Origin: Rhynchopus sp. YZ270_cl-10
Taxonomy: Eukaryota
Length of the DNA stretch: 64,000 nucleotides
Direction: 5' to 3'
Assembly (NCBI GenBank): GCA_964035575.1
Contig: OZ037833.1
Location: 2,852,001 to 2,916,000, forward strand
In this document: positions 48,729 to 59,387 of the stretch, piece by piece
Layout: every line of letters begins with the position of its first letter
Position numbering within the stretch: the first letter of the stretch is position 1
Position numbers and translations under genes: made by a program
The notes under the pieces: model-generated
The model's input: the letters and a program-made list of their open reading frames with translations, nothing else
What the model was told of the DNA's origin: nothing
The model's database searches: none

Positions 48729-51700
48729 ATGCGTCGGCTTCCGAAGTGCATACGTACCACGTTGTCATCTGTCTCGCGGTCGTTCTCAGTTAGCCCGATG
48801 CTGTCACAGGTATGAACCTTGTTTTTCGCACCCACTTTTAATTTTTATCTTCCTAGTGGTGTGGCCCGCCCCTCGATTTAACCCACTTTTGGGCCATTCT
48901 TGGGCCATTCTTGAGCCGTGTTTTTTTAGGTGTATTTTTTAATTTTTTTGCCCTTTACACAGTATACACAGTATACACAGTATACACAGTATACACAGTA
49001 TACACAGTATACACAGTATACACAGTATACACAGTATACACAGTATACACAGTATACACAGTATACCGAAATTCGTCTTCGAGGTATGCGTAGGGGCGCC
49101 TTAACAAAGGAAAAAAGTCATTATCGGTCCCTCACGGTTTTTGGCTTCCCGAATATCGGGAATAAAGTGACCAGCTGGACCAACTGTGGCACAGCAGTTA
49201 ACAGGCTCAACCCGATTATTCTGCCAGGGCACGCCGCCCCCCCGAGGTGAACTGTCTGGCTCCTTGAAGCCAAGGAGGACTCAAGGTCAATCGGTTTCCC
49301 CCTTAGGGTATCCCTTCCCAGAAAACCCCGATTTTAGCCACCGTGTTGTGAATTATTCCTAACCGAAAGGTTCGGACCACCCCAAATTTCCCCTCCAGTC
49401 ACTATGCAGAGGTGCCTCCGGGTCAGACCTAGCGTGAAAACCACCCCAAAAAAAACACCGGGTAACAAATTAAAAAAGGGACCCCCCCTCGATTTAACCC
49501 ACTTTTGGGCCATTCTTGGGCCATTCTTGAGACACGCAAAACCAGAAATCGGGCCACACCACCTAGCATGACCCATTCACAACATGCGGGTTTGCGGGTT
49601 TGCGACCGATATTACGGCCGGTCGAAATTATGGCCGAACCCAAAATTTGGCCTTAATTTCGACCGCCGTAATATTAACCCGCCGTAATATCGGTCGAGAC
49701 TGTAAGAGAAAAAAGGGGGAGGGAAGACTTTCTTATTCGCGACATATTTTATCCTAGAGACCCCCCTGACGTAGGGCTGCATTCATTCATTTTCCACACA
49801 CTTACAGAGCGTTGGCGCAAAGGTGACTCCGCGCGATGGCCCCAAGAACGTCAGGGCTCAACAGCAGCTGGTATACTTCCTACTCCCACACTCTTCTTTC
49901 TGTGATCGTGACACTTGCTTTTTACACCCACTTTTAGTTTTATCATTCTCGCATGACCCATTCACAACACCACCTCAGTCTGATCTTGCAAAGGCCCCAA
50001 CGCTCGTGGCGGATCTGGAGTCTCAGCTTTCGACGCTCAATACGGAAATCACTGACGAAGTAAATATGTTAGTTCGTCGTGTTCACGAGCTTGGTGGTGA
50101 CACTGGCGCTGCTGAGCATGGTACCTATCATGGAGATGATTCCAGTGCAAACAGACACTGTGCCACAATCGCCGACCTCAAGGAGAAGAAGGTATGACGC
50201 TTGCTTTTCACACCCACGTGTTACCGAAATCCTGTCAAGGATCCCCCTTCAGGGACCTGTCATTTTATAATACCCACCCGATTTTTACTGGACACTGGGC
50301 ACTGGGTATTGGTTTATTGTTATATTTTGTTGTTTGTAGTTTTATCCATTCATTTTCCACACACTTACAGAGGGGATGGACCTCCCTACACAGTGCCTTG
50401 GAGTTGGGGTGGGAAGCTGCACAGCAGACAAGACCTGAGCTGGTATACTTCCTACTCCCACACTTTTCTTTACATGAATCGTCATGTAAAAAATGTCATG
50501 TTGTAAAAAAGGGTCGGTTAGGGTCAAAACAGGGCGAGGGGGCAATTTTTGCGTGGTGCGCAAGAAGTACGCAACATGGGGTCGTCAGGAGCACCACTTA
50601 CCCTTGTTTTATTTTACTCACAGGTGAGCATCGCCGACGTGAAGAGTGTCTTACTGAGTGCACTGACGTCTTCTCAGGATTTCCGGTTTGACAACCATCG
50701 CCCTTTCAAGAAATACCAAGGTGGTAGTATCGTACGCGAGTTGCTTGACAAAGAGATTAAAGCTTGTGAAAACGGGGACTGTGACAAGCGGAGCAGGAGT
50801 GTTGTGGCAGTCGTATCAGGCATGGGTAATGGCAAGTCGCGCTTGTTGGATGAAATGAAGTCCATCTGCTTCGATGTTGAGAAAGAGATCGTTTACTGTC
50901 TTTTCTGCGAATTTGAGAACGGCACGGGGATCCCAGAATTGCGTTCTGGGACGGACATTAGGGATATACAGGAGCGAGCGCACAAAGAGATTCTGGATCG
51001 CATCGTGTTCTTCCTGATGAAGGGTGTGACTGGCGGACCTTGTCCCGTCGGGGAAAATAGTTTCACAACTTACCAGAAGCGCTATCGCTGGTCATTCGCA
51101 CTCCAGGACCTCATTATTGCCATCCGAGTTGTTGCACCTAACGCAATTACCATGGTGCTGGTGGACGGCGCGCACAGAATGGACCTACCCCACAAGAAAA
51201 CAGTGGACTTCAGTGCGTTGTATGAGACGAGCTACATGCGGCAGGTGTTTGTTGTTCTGTCCAATGCCGTACTTTGTGCACCCAGGGTGTTTGCAGCCTG
51301 CTCCTCACCCACGTCCTTACTGCTGCGAAAGACGGCTGCGGATTCCCCTTATGTCGCGAAGCTGCTGGTCACACCCCCTGCAATGACTACGATGCCAGAA
51401 GAGATCCAGAACAGCCTTGTGCTAGAACATGGGGATGCGTTGATTCAACTTTTTGGAAGGCACCCACGGACACTGGAGTTTCTTGTGAAGAACACCTCAT
51501 CGACACTTGCTGATATATTTGCGTCAGCTGGTGTTGCGATACTAAGAGACTATTGCCTTAACGAGGTGGGCACTGACGTTGTTGTACCTCTGCTGCAGCG
51601 CACCCTGACAGGTGATGGAAGGTTCAGATTGGAGGAGGAGATCGGAGGATTGACTTGCGACTATCTGGCCCGTCTCGGGCTTGTCAAAATTCACCCCTCT

Positions 51701-52516
51701 GACCTGAACCACTGTCAATTAACTGGGCGGTACCGGCTGCACATCTCAGCACTCCTCATGCTTTTTATGCGCAACCATCGCGACCCCAGTGTTCTGAGCG
51801 CATGGAGACCATATTATGAGGGTGCTGATGCATTGGAGCAATTTGCAGCATCAGTACGCTGCATCAGGTCTCAGGTGTGTGAAGACAACATAACCTTAAA
51901 AGACCTCCACGCTGGAGCCCGTTGGCTGAAAGGTGGTGACACGAAGGTGATGAAAATGCCGATGCAGCTGGCGGAATCTTCAAAGCAGATTAGTACAAGA
52001 GGTTGTGATAAGGCAGCAAGAAAGACAACGAAGCAACATCCCCCAACTCCAGGGAAATGGGAAGTGGAGCTGAGTACCCAACCCATTGAAGGGGAGACGC
52101 AGACGCTCACAACATCCTCAGGAGATATCGGCAAGTACACAATACTGAATGCTAGATCTGCACCTGCCGGTGACTTCTTCTGCCGCCCGAAACGTAGCAA
52201 TGGTGAACACTTCAATGAGGTTGCACAGTGTAAGTCAAAAGGTCTCAAGACTGAAGGCAATCGGGCAGTTCCACTTTCCGACGAAATGGAAAAGTGTGCG
52301 AGCAGAGGAGACACATTCATCATGATCTCCCAGTGCCCGATGACAGATGAGAACATACCTGAAGGCATCGACTGTGCAGTGGTGGGTCCAGACAACTTCC
52401 ACGCGTACTACGGTCCTCTGAGCGGAACTGTAGTTCTGGATCCCCCACCCAGCTCACAAGGCATCGCAGAGGAAGGGATGTGGGCTCAGCTTTGGAACAT
52501 GCTCTATGGAAAGTAG
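48729..52516 (+). CDS. Crinkler-like P-loop NTPase + PD-(D/E)XK nuclease; predicted exons 48729-48809, 49808-49870, 49979-50191, 50371-50442, 50624-52516
   Basis: Walker A GMGNGKS, Walker B MVLVDG, GRHPR motif; C-terminal ILNA.SAPAGDFF...EVAQCKSK...NFHAYYGP. Four upstream phase-0 exons bounded by CAG/GTAT. The last exon is more certain than the 5' model. Confidence 0.72.
48856..49562. mobile_element. 707-bp MITE with 3-bp TSD, containing the 9-bp satellite; intronic
   Basis: TIRs GTGGTGTGGCCCG / CGGGCCACACCAC; CTA on both flanks; internal direct repeat CCCCTCGATTTAACCCACTTTTGGGCCATTCTTGGGCCATTCTTGAG near both ends; about 12 copies of ACACAGTAT at 48957-49065. Confidence 0.8.
49603..49696. 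repeat. Short imperfect palindrome (probable MITE remnant)
   Basis: CGACCGATATTACGGC ... GCCGTAATATCGGTCG with inner GGTCGAAATTA / TAATTTCGACC arms. Confidence 0.7.
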
Positions 52517-53138
52517 CTGCGGTTCGATGCAAGTACGAGAATTGAACGATTAAGTGTGTTGTTGGAAATGGTTTAAATGGAAATGAGGTTTATTCGTGTT
52601 TATGTTTAGGTTGGTTTGTTAGGAAATTGGGTTTTTTGCTGTTGACAAGTTTTCGGTAAGACTTCGTGTGCGTGACAAAAGGGGTATTTTTGATGATGAA
52701 AAAAAAGAGGGAAAAAGAGAGCGACCAGAACAAGCAGAGAAAACGCGAACAAAAAACAAAACAAAGAGTACACGAGCCAGCTTTCAGAAGCAGTCTTTCA
52801 CTCACAACTGGACTGCTTTTGAACTTTCTCTTATCACTTTTTTTATTAGGGCGTTTGCCTTCGCAACGTCGTTTTTTTGTTGCTGTTCTTCCTCTTTTCC
52901 TTTGTTAGGGTATTCACGACACCACTCTTCAGGCACTACAGGAACAGCCCATCCGTTTACCGTGTGTGGGTTTGTCTGTTTTTGTGCCGGATGTCGTACT
53001 TTTACGCTTCTTTGTGCTGTTGTGTTGTGCTTTTATGTGAATATCTAAAAGGGAAAAAAGTAAAAAGTACAAAGGCAGGTCCTCTCCTTCTGATGAGACT
53101 GCAAATGCCAAAACAGAAAACAAACCTAAAACAGGTTG

Positions 53139-53798
53139 TTACAGAAGCCATGTGCCCTGTGCAAGGAAGGACACGTCCCCGTCTGCTGTGAACCTCGAGG
53201 TACCGAAGTGTGGCCCGTACGCGGTTGTGTAGAACACCTGTGTGGCCGCACTGTTCATAGAGAAGTTTCCAACGTAGAAGAGACGGTAGTTCATCTCCAG
53301 TGGCCCATTGCCCTTGTCATCTTCGACGCAGTGCGCACATTCCAGACTCCCACATCCAATAGGTGGCGGAAGGCAGACACCCTCCCCTGTCTTGGGGTCG
53401 TTCTCGCAGTGCACGCACTTCAACTGGTCGCAGCCAACAACTGGCGGCGACGGTGGCGTCGGTGAGGGGAACCACCACGACGGCAGGCACAGTGCATGTC
53501 CGGCAATCTCATAGCACGTCCTCCCATACCTGCACTGCGTCGCAGCACATCCCACCGGAAGCGGCTTGCACCACGCATGGTTCCCAATAGCAACACACTC
53601 CGTCCCTGGCGCACAGTGCACAGCTGCGCAAGGACCAGCCGGCGGCGGTGGCGGCACACACGACGCCACACCCTCACTGTCCTCCACACAGGAGTAGTAC
53701 ATGGGACACGTCGTCGCCGCACAGCCTGCTGTGTGCGGCGGGATCTGTGCCGAGGCCACGAACCCCATGCTTGCAACGAGCGACAGACGCGACAGCAT
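53139..53798 (-). CDS. Small secreted Cys-rich repeat protein (follistatin-N-like CxxxxC-x4-C...C units)
   Basis: Signal-peptide-like MLSRLSLVASMGFVASA; CAATTCPMYYSCV..SCVP, CAAVHCAPGTECV..WCKP, CAATQCRYGRTCY..LCLP. The C-terminus is uncertain. Confidence 0.7.
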   Translation of the reverse strand: MLSRLSLVASMGFVASAQIPPHTAGCAATTCPMYYSCVEDSEGVASCVPPPPPAGPCAAVHCAPGTECVAIGNHAWCKPLPVGCAATQCRYGRTCYEIAGHALCLPSWWFPSPTPPSPPVVGCDQLKCVHCENDPKTGEGVCLPPPIGCGSLECAHCVEDDKGNGPLEMNYRLFYVGNFSMNSAATQVFYTTAYGPHFGTSRFTADGDVSFLAQGTWLL

Positions 53799-54268
53799 TG
53801 TTGACGGAAAACGGGGGAAATCAAGGGGAATCTGTGTGGTGGGGTTGACGGTGTAGTGCCGCAGGTTTGGTCATACGCATGGGTAGAGAACGAGTCTCAG
53901 AAGGGAAGAAATGAATTGTATTTTGAAATGATTTTGCTTTTTTTGCGACTTTATATCCAACTTTTGTTTTTTTTGTGTATTGAGGCGGGATAGGGGAGGG
54001 GATGGGATGGGAGTGCTTCTAACATGTGCTACCGTGGTGGGTGTGGCGGGTTCCAGTACTCGTGGGGATGCAACATGCCTGCACCTGAGCTGGAGAACAC
54101 CAACCCTGCCCCCTTCAACTTCACACCGTCGTGCCCGACCACAACGACCCTGGGCACCTCGGGCAGCATCAGCACAGCGGTTGACGGGACCGAATGTTGG
54201 GAGCTTGCGTGCGAAGGTTCTGGTTTGATCTCGCCATCTTGATTTTTTATTTGCTTTGCTTTTATTGT

Positions 54269-55618
54269 ACTGAGAGAACGATGCCTGTCGATACACAAGA
54301 GGTACAACGCAGGAGGAGGCTGGGACTTCCGCCCCCACGGGCCGGTCGGCAACATGACCTCCACTAGCATACTGACAGGCGTGAGATGGTGTGACGACCT
54401 AACAACCGTTACGGAGCTCTCGAGTGCCCCCGTGGAAGAAGAGAAGACACACGCCCTAGGTCTTCTCGCGCCAGGTGAACGACACCACGCCATTCGCGAA
54501 ATCGTCCGACGACAGAAGTTCACAGATCTTGCCTTGGACAGACCGACTTACGACGGCGCTCAATACGGTGTCAACCTCGCCGACACCACGTACCTGCACG
54601 ACCAACTGCAGTGGTCCCACCCCCTGCTAGCTTACCGCCTCCGACGTATCATCTGCGATGGGATACTCTACGCGCACCCTACGGTGCTGTGCCTATACGA
54701 GTCAACAAAGAGAGGTGGCATACACCTCGAAGTGAATCAGTGCCCCTTATGCCTCACACCAACCTCCGGGCTGGCGAAGCACCTGCTGTGGACTTGCCCG
54801 CACACTGTGTCTGCTAACGTGAAGGAAGCGCACCGCCCTCTCCTCGACAGGATCGGCCCGAACACCCCGAGTTGCCTGGCTATGCATGGCATAGCTCCCA
54901 CGAACACGCCCAAGCACGTAGTAACCGACATGCAGAGATACCTGCTGGACGTCACCACCGCAGTAGATGATCACCTGTCCTCGCGGACGACCACAGCGCC
55001 TGCACGCCACCCATGGCGTATGGACTTTGAAGTGTTCGATGCGCCCCCATACCAGGAGGCCATCTACCGGCAGCTCGCCCCTTTCTTTGGGAAGGACGAT
55101 GATCCGAGATGCAAGCAGAAGCGCCGCGAACTGAAGCAAATGCTCCTATGGGCCTCCTCCCTGAAATGGAGCACCGCCAACCTGCCTGTGACATGCGTGG
55201 AACTTGCCATTGACCTGGAAATTTTCCACAGGATCTACGTTCTCCGGCCAACCTCTAACATTAGAGAACGGGCCGCCGCCTTGCGCACATTGCTCAACAA
55301 GCTTCACCGCCTGTGCAAAGCCCTTGGGATTCAAAACCCATTTCCCGCATCTGCCATCTCCTCCTCACGGGGCCTCCGGTCCATTGGCGCACCCGGACTT
55401 ATTGGCTACGACCGTCGCCCAGTTTTTACGTACCCGCGCTACACTATGCACATGCTCGAACACGTCATCGTACGTGCCAAAATTACGAACTCCGGCTGGG
55501 GAAATGACATCATCCCTGACAACAAACTTGTAGAAGCCAGCGCAGCTGAAGCTGTGCGATAACGAATATGATAAGGTGACTGAGCACGAGAGGCTTAGGA
55601 TCATCTTATAAACTTTTC
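54269..55618 (+). mobile_element. 5'-truncated non-LTR retrotransposon (ORF C-terminus with CCHC knuckle plus short 3' tail)
   Basis: ORF to 55562 contains CPLC-x8-H-x4-C (CPLCLTPTSGLAKHLLWTC); its 3' end recurs elsewhere in the window; candidate TSD TTTATTGT at 54261-54268 and 55619-55626. No RT core is present. Confidence 0.7.
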
Positions 55619-56099
55619 TTTATTGTGCATGTGTGTGCACTTTTCACTAGCCCACGAAGTCCTTGATGACTCGGGTCTTTAATCGACTTTCACCAGGCTT
55701 AGTGTTCGCGCACCCAGACTCACACGCGGCGGGTTTTTCGTTGCGTATCATCGTTTCCTTGTAACCCTTCTCTCTTATCCCTTCCCAGCCCACCACTTCA
55801 AGATCCGTCGTTACATACATAATACCTTATAAGACCCCCGCCCCACCCGTCTATTTGAATAAGTGCCATTTGTTTTGCGGGTTTCAGTGTGGTACTCGTT
55901 TGCATTTTCCACACCCTTCCTGCACACAAAACACATCGTCACACCACAGACCATATCCGATACACATTACTCTTATTCGTGACCACACATCTTTGTCTAC
56001 ACTAACCTAACCAAAGCAAAGAAGAGAACCACGAAGAGCAAACACAACACAACGGAGCCAGCAGCGCCAGCAGGTACGGTCGGAGCGAGGACAGCGACA

Positions 56100-57809
56100 A
56101 TGACACACACAGAGGCAGCGACGATGCAGCTCTCCTCAGAGGGTGCGGTCGGGGTGCCGCTGAAGTTTGTGCTCGTGCGCGGGCGGAGGGTGATGGAGCA
56201 GCGGCGCACACGGCTCCTCTGCCCGAGCCTGGAGGACGTGAAGGGGTGTGTGCGGCAGTGGGCGTGCGGGGCGTTCACGCTGCGCTACGTGGACGACGAG
56301 GGGGACCTGGTGACGGTGGAACTGGACGAGGAGTGGGTTGAGTGTGTTGCGCTCTGGCGGGAGGCACGTGGGGCAGACGACGCGGACGTGTGTGCACAAC
56401 AACGTGCCCTGCGTCTGGTGGTGACGATAGGTGCGCAGGAAGGGTCTGCAGTGTGTCTTGGCCAGCAGAGGCATCCGCGCCAGGCCTTCTGGGAGCGCCG
56501 TGATGCACAGAGAGACGGGCACAGACACCACCACCAACACATGCATGGGCGTCACGGCGCTATGCCTGGGATTCGCCAGCTGTTGGTTGAGTGGCACGCA
56601 CAGACGTGGAGACAGGGTCAGGAACAGAAGCAGCAGGCAGGCGACGAGGTTGAACCTGGATCTGGGTCTGTGATGGACGGGACACCGTGCTGCCGTCGGA
56701 GTGTGAAGCACGCAGGTGAGCATGGTCCACGCTGCCGTGTGCACGGGAGGAAGAGTGCAGATGCGACAGACGTTCCGCAGCCTGCGGTGGCAGAGGTGTG
56801 CTGTGCTGGCGAAGGATGTTCCTATGCAGTGACACGCAGACACGGCACACACTGCTGCCACATGTGCGCTCGTGGGGGAGGCCACGGGCCACGCTGTGAG
56901 CAGAGACACATGAAGACTTCTGATGTTGAGGCTGCTGCACCAGCAGTGGTGGGTGAAGACGTGTCGGAGTCTGTGAAGAAAGGGATGCCGTGCTGCCGTC
57001 GGAGTGTGAAGCACGCAGGTGAGCATGGTCCACACTGCCGTGTGCACAAGAGGAAGAGTGCAGATGCGACTGACGTCCTGGTGGAGCAGACAGAAGAAGA
57101 GACACCTGCAGGGGCAGTGAGTGAAGAAGTGAAGCCGTGCTGCCGTCGGAATGTGAAGCAAGCAGGTCAGCACGGTCCACACTGCCGTGTGCACGGGAAG
57201 AAGAGTGGAGATGATGATACTGACAAGGCTGCACGGACGGGGGCCACAGCACAGACACCTGAAGAGGTTGAAGCATTGCAGTCTGTGCAGGAAGGTACAC
57301 CGTGCTGCCGTCGGAGTGTGAAGCACGCGGGTAAGCACGGTCCACACTGCCGTGTGCACAAGAGGAAGAGTGCAGACGCGACTGAGGCTGTGGAGGTGCC
57401 GAGCCAAGAGGAGGAGGAGGACGTCACTGCTGGTGTGCCGGATGCAGCCCTGCTTGTGTGTGCTGGGTGCAGCTTTGAGCTGACTGGTGTGCACGCCACA
57501 CACTGCTGTGTGAGGTGTGCGAAGCATGCAGGCCAGCACGGACCACGCTGCGAGCAGAAGATGCCGATGGCAGCGGAGGAGGACGTGCGGGTGGAGGACG
57601 ACGAGGATGAGGATGTGGATGTGGTTGTGATTGCTGTGCCGGCAGAGACAGAGACAGAGAGGGAGGAGTCGGCAGCAGTTGTGTGTGAGGAGGACAGTGC
57701 GGGTGTGACTGCCCTGCGGAACATGGGGTTCGACATCACTGAAGACGTGCGTGCTGTGCTTGAGAGGCACAACGGAGACGTTGCAGCTGTTTTGGAGGAG
57801 ATGATGTGA
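56100..57809 (+). CDS. PB1 + Cys/His repeats + UBA protein (p62/NBR1-like architecture)
   Basis: PB1 OPCA motif FTLRYVDDEGDLVTVELDEEW; six CC-x7-8-HGPxC units; C-terminal UBA-like ALRNMGF...VLERHNGDVAAVL. Confidence 0.85.
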   Translation: MTHTEAATMQLSSEGAVGVPLKFVLVRGRRVMEQRRTRLLCPSLEDVKGCVRQWACGAFTLRYVDDEGDLVTVELDEEWVECVALWREARGADDADVCAQQRALRLVVTIGAQEGSAVCLGQQRHPRQAFWERRDAQRDGHRHHHQHMHGRHGAMPGIRQLLVEWHAQTWRQGQEQKQQAGDEVEPGSGSVMDGTPCCRRSVKHAGEHGPRCRVHGRKSADATDVPQPAVAEVCCAGEGCSYAVTRRHGTHCCHMCARGGGHGPRCEQRHMKTSDVEAAAPAVVGEDVSESVKKGMPCCRRSVKHAGEHGPHCRVHKRKSADATDVLVEQTEEETPAGAVSEEVKPCCRRNVKQAGQHGPHCRVHGKKSGDDDTDKAARTGATAQTPEEVEALQSVQEGTPCCRRSVKHAGKHGPHCRVHKRKSADATEAVEVPSQEEEEDVTAGVPDAALLVCAGCSFELTGVHATHCCVRCAKHAGQHGPRCEQKMPMAAEEDVRVEDDEDEDVDVVVIAVPAETETEREESAAVVCEEDSAGVTALRNMGFDITEDVRAVLERHNGDVAAVLEEMM

Positions 57810-58583
57810 TGTTTATTTTGTCACTGCACATGCGACAGGGCATGCCTGCTTTGTTTTACCTCCCTAAAGTTTGAATGTGTCTGTCGCCTGCTTCTAGAAC
57901 AGCAAGCCACACCATGTGAAGGAGGTGTGGATACGAGAGGAACCGATGCCGCGGCCATCATAGATGAGTGCAGCGTGTGTGTGTGTGTGTCCAGCAGAAT
58001 TATATGTTTCAACTCAATCCACTTTTCATGTGATGACCTCGTTGGGTGTAGTGCAGCTGCCACACGAGTGGTCTTCACTATCCTGAGGTGGCTTTGCATG
58101 GTTTGGTTTGCGGATACACACAACAAAGCTGCGTGCTGGTGATGCTGCTGTGGCGCACTGCACTGCCTTCTGGGTGGGTGTGGTGCGGGGTTTTTGTTTT
58201 TCTCTGTTCTCTGATATTTGTTTCCTTTCCGTTCACTCGTGCACTTACCTTTATTCTGCGCACACGTTTTTTGCTTTAGTTCCTTGTCCTTCTTGCAAGC
58301 AATTATATAACATAAACCAGAACGCAACGATGTTCTCGCCTCAAATTTGGGTGGTTCGCAAGTTTTGCTTCAGTTTTTTGATGTTTTGATATTTTGAACC
58401 TACAGAGCAAAGTACCGTTCGCCCCTTCTATCGAAACAAACACTAGCCAGATAGACACGAGGGTGCATTGGTGTGGCTGTGGCCTTGTTCAGTAGTCCAT
58501 TTTGTTATGTTTTTCTTTTGTGCATCAGAAATGCAAGATTGGTAGTTAGAAATGAAGTTCTCAAAACAAAGAAACAAAAGCTT

Positions 58584-59230
58584 CACCATGGACTCGTAAT
58601 GACATTACGTGACGAGGGACGAGGGAAATTACGTGGGAAATTACGCGCGCAATGACGTCGTCACGACGCGGGCACCCCCTCGTAATGACGACGTCATGAC
58701 GTGGGGTTTCCCTCGTCACGACGACGGCATTACGACGTCATGACGAGGGGGTGCCCTCGTAATTACGAGGGGTGCTCCCGTGGTCATTGTCTGGCTATTG
58801 CCTCCCAGGGAAAGGGACTCTCGAATTTTTTTTTTGGCCCCTATATTATATTTGCCCTATATTATACTATAATATAGGGCTAATTTCGACGATTTGAGGC
58901 CATTAAAAGCAAAATTTGGCACTTTTAAGCATATGTGGGGGTCTAATGACCGTATTTTGGCTGAAATTTGACTTGACAATTTTTTTCACCATTTGGTCAA
59001 TCTGAGGTTTTCTTTGGATTTTTTGGGCCACTTTATGACCTACCACGCCCGATTTTTGAAAAAAAAAATTTTTTTTTTATTGGTCAAAAATCGCCTTGTC
59101 GTGGGTGCCCACGTCATGACGACGTCGTCATGACGAGGGCACCCCCTCGTAATTACGAGGGGGTGCCCTCGTCAAGGCACTCGTAATTACCTCGTCATGA
59201 CGCGCGTAATGTCATTACGAGTCCATGGTG
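58584..59230. mobile_element. 647-bp MITE with CACC...GGTG ends (CACTA/CMC-like)
   Basis: Perfect 26-bp TIR CACCATGGACTCGTAATGACATTACG; TT on both flanks; subterminal GTCATGACGAGGG / CGTAATTACGAG repeats. Confidence 0.85.
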
Positions 59231-59387
59231 TTCGTTTGTACTTTGCACTCAATGAAGCCTTACCCCCTCTACGCGCGACTCTCGACACTACACCACACTA
59301 CAGGTAGTTTTATTACTAAACACAAAACAGAAGGAGCAACACAAGCAAACCCCGTGTGCACCCTTTCTTCTCCCTGCCTGTGGTTTG

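Noticed and set aside
54024..54242. 72-aa Cys-containing ORF next to the LINE
   Set aside because: It could be an orphan exon, but I found no supported splice partners or family.
56136..57770. Long antisense ORFs here and at 39287-40552, 24047-24982 and 60000-63900
   Set aside because: Shadows of GC-rich sense genes that carry clear domains.
712..57809. A functional ubiquitin/proteostasis cluster (RING-PCMTD, Ank-F-box, PB1-UBA)
   Set aside because: The genes are tens of kb apart among unrelated genes; such domains are common, so co-location is probably chance.
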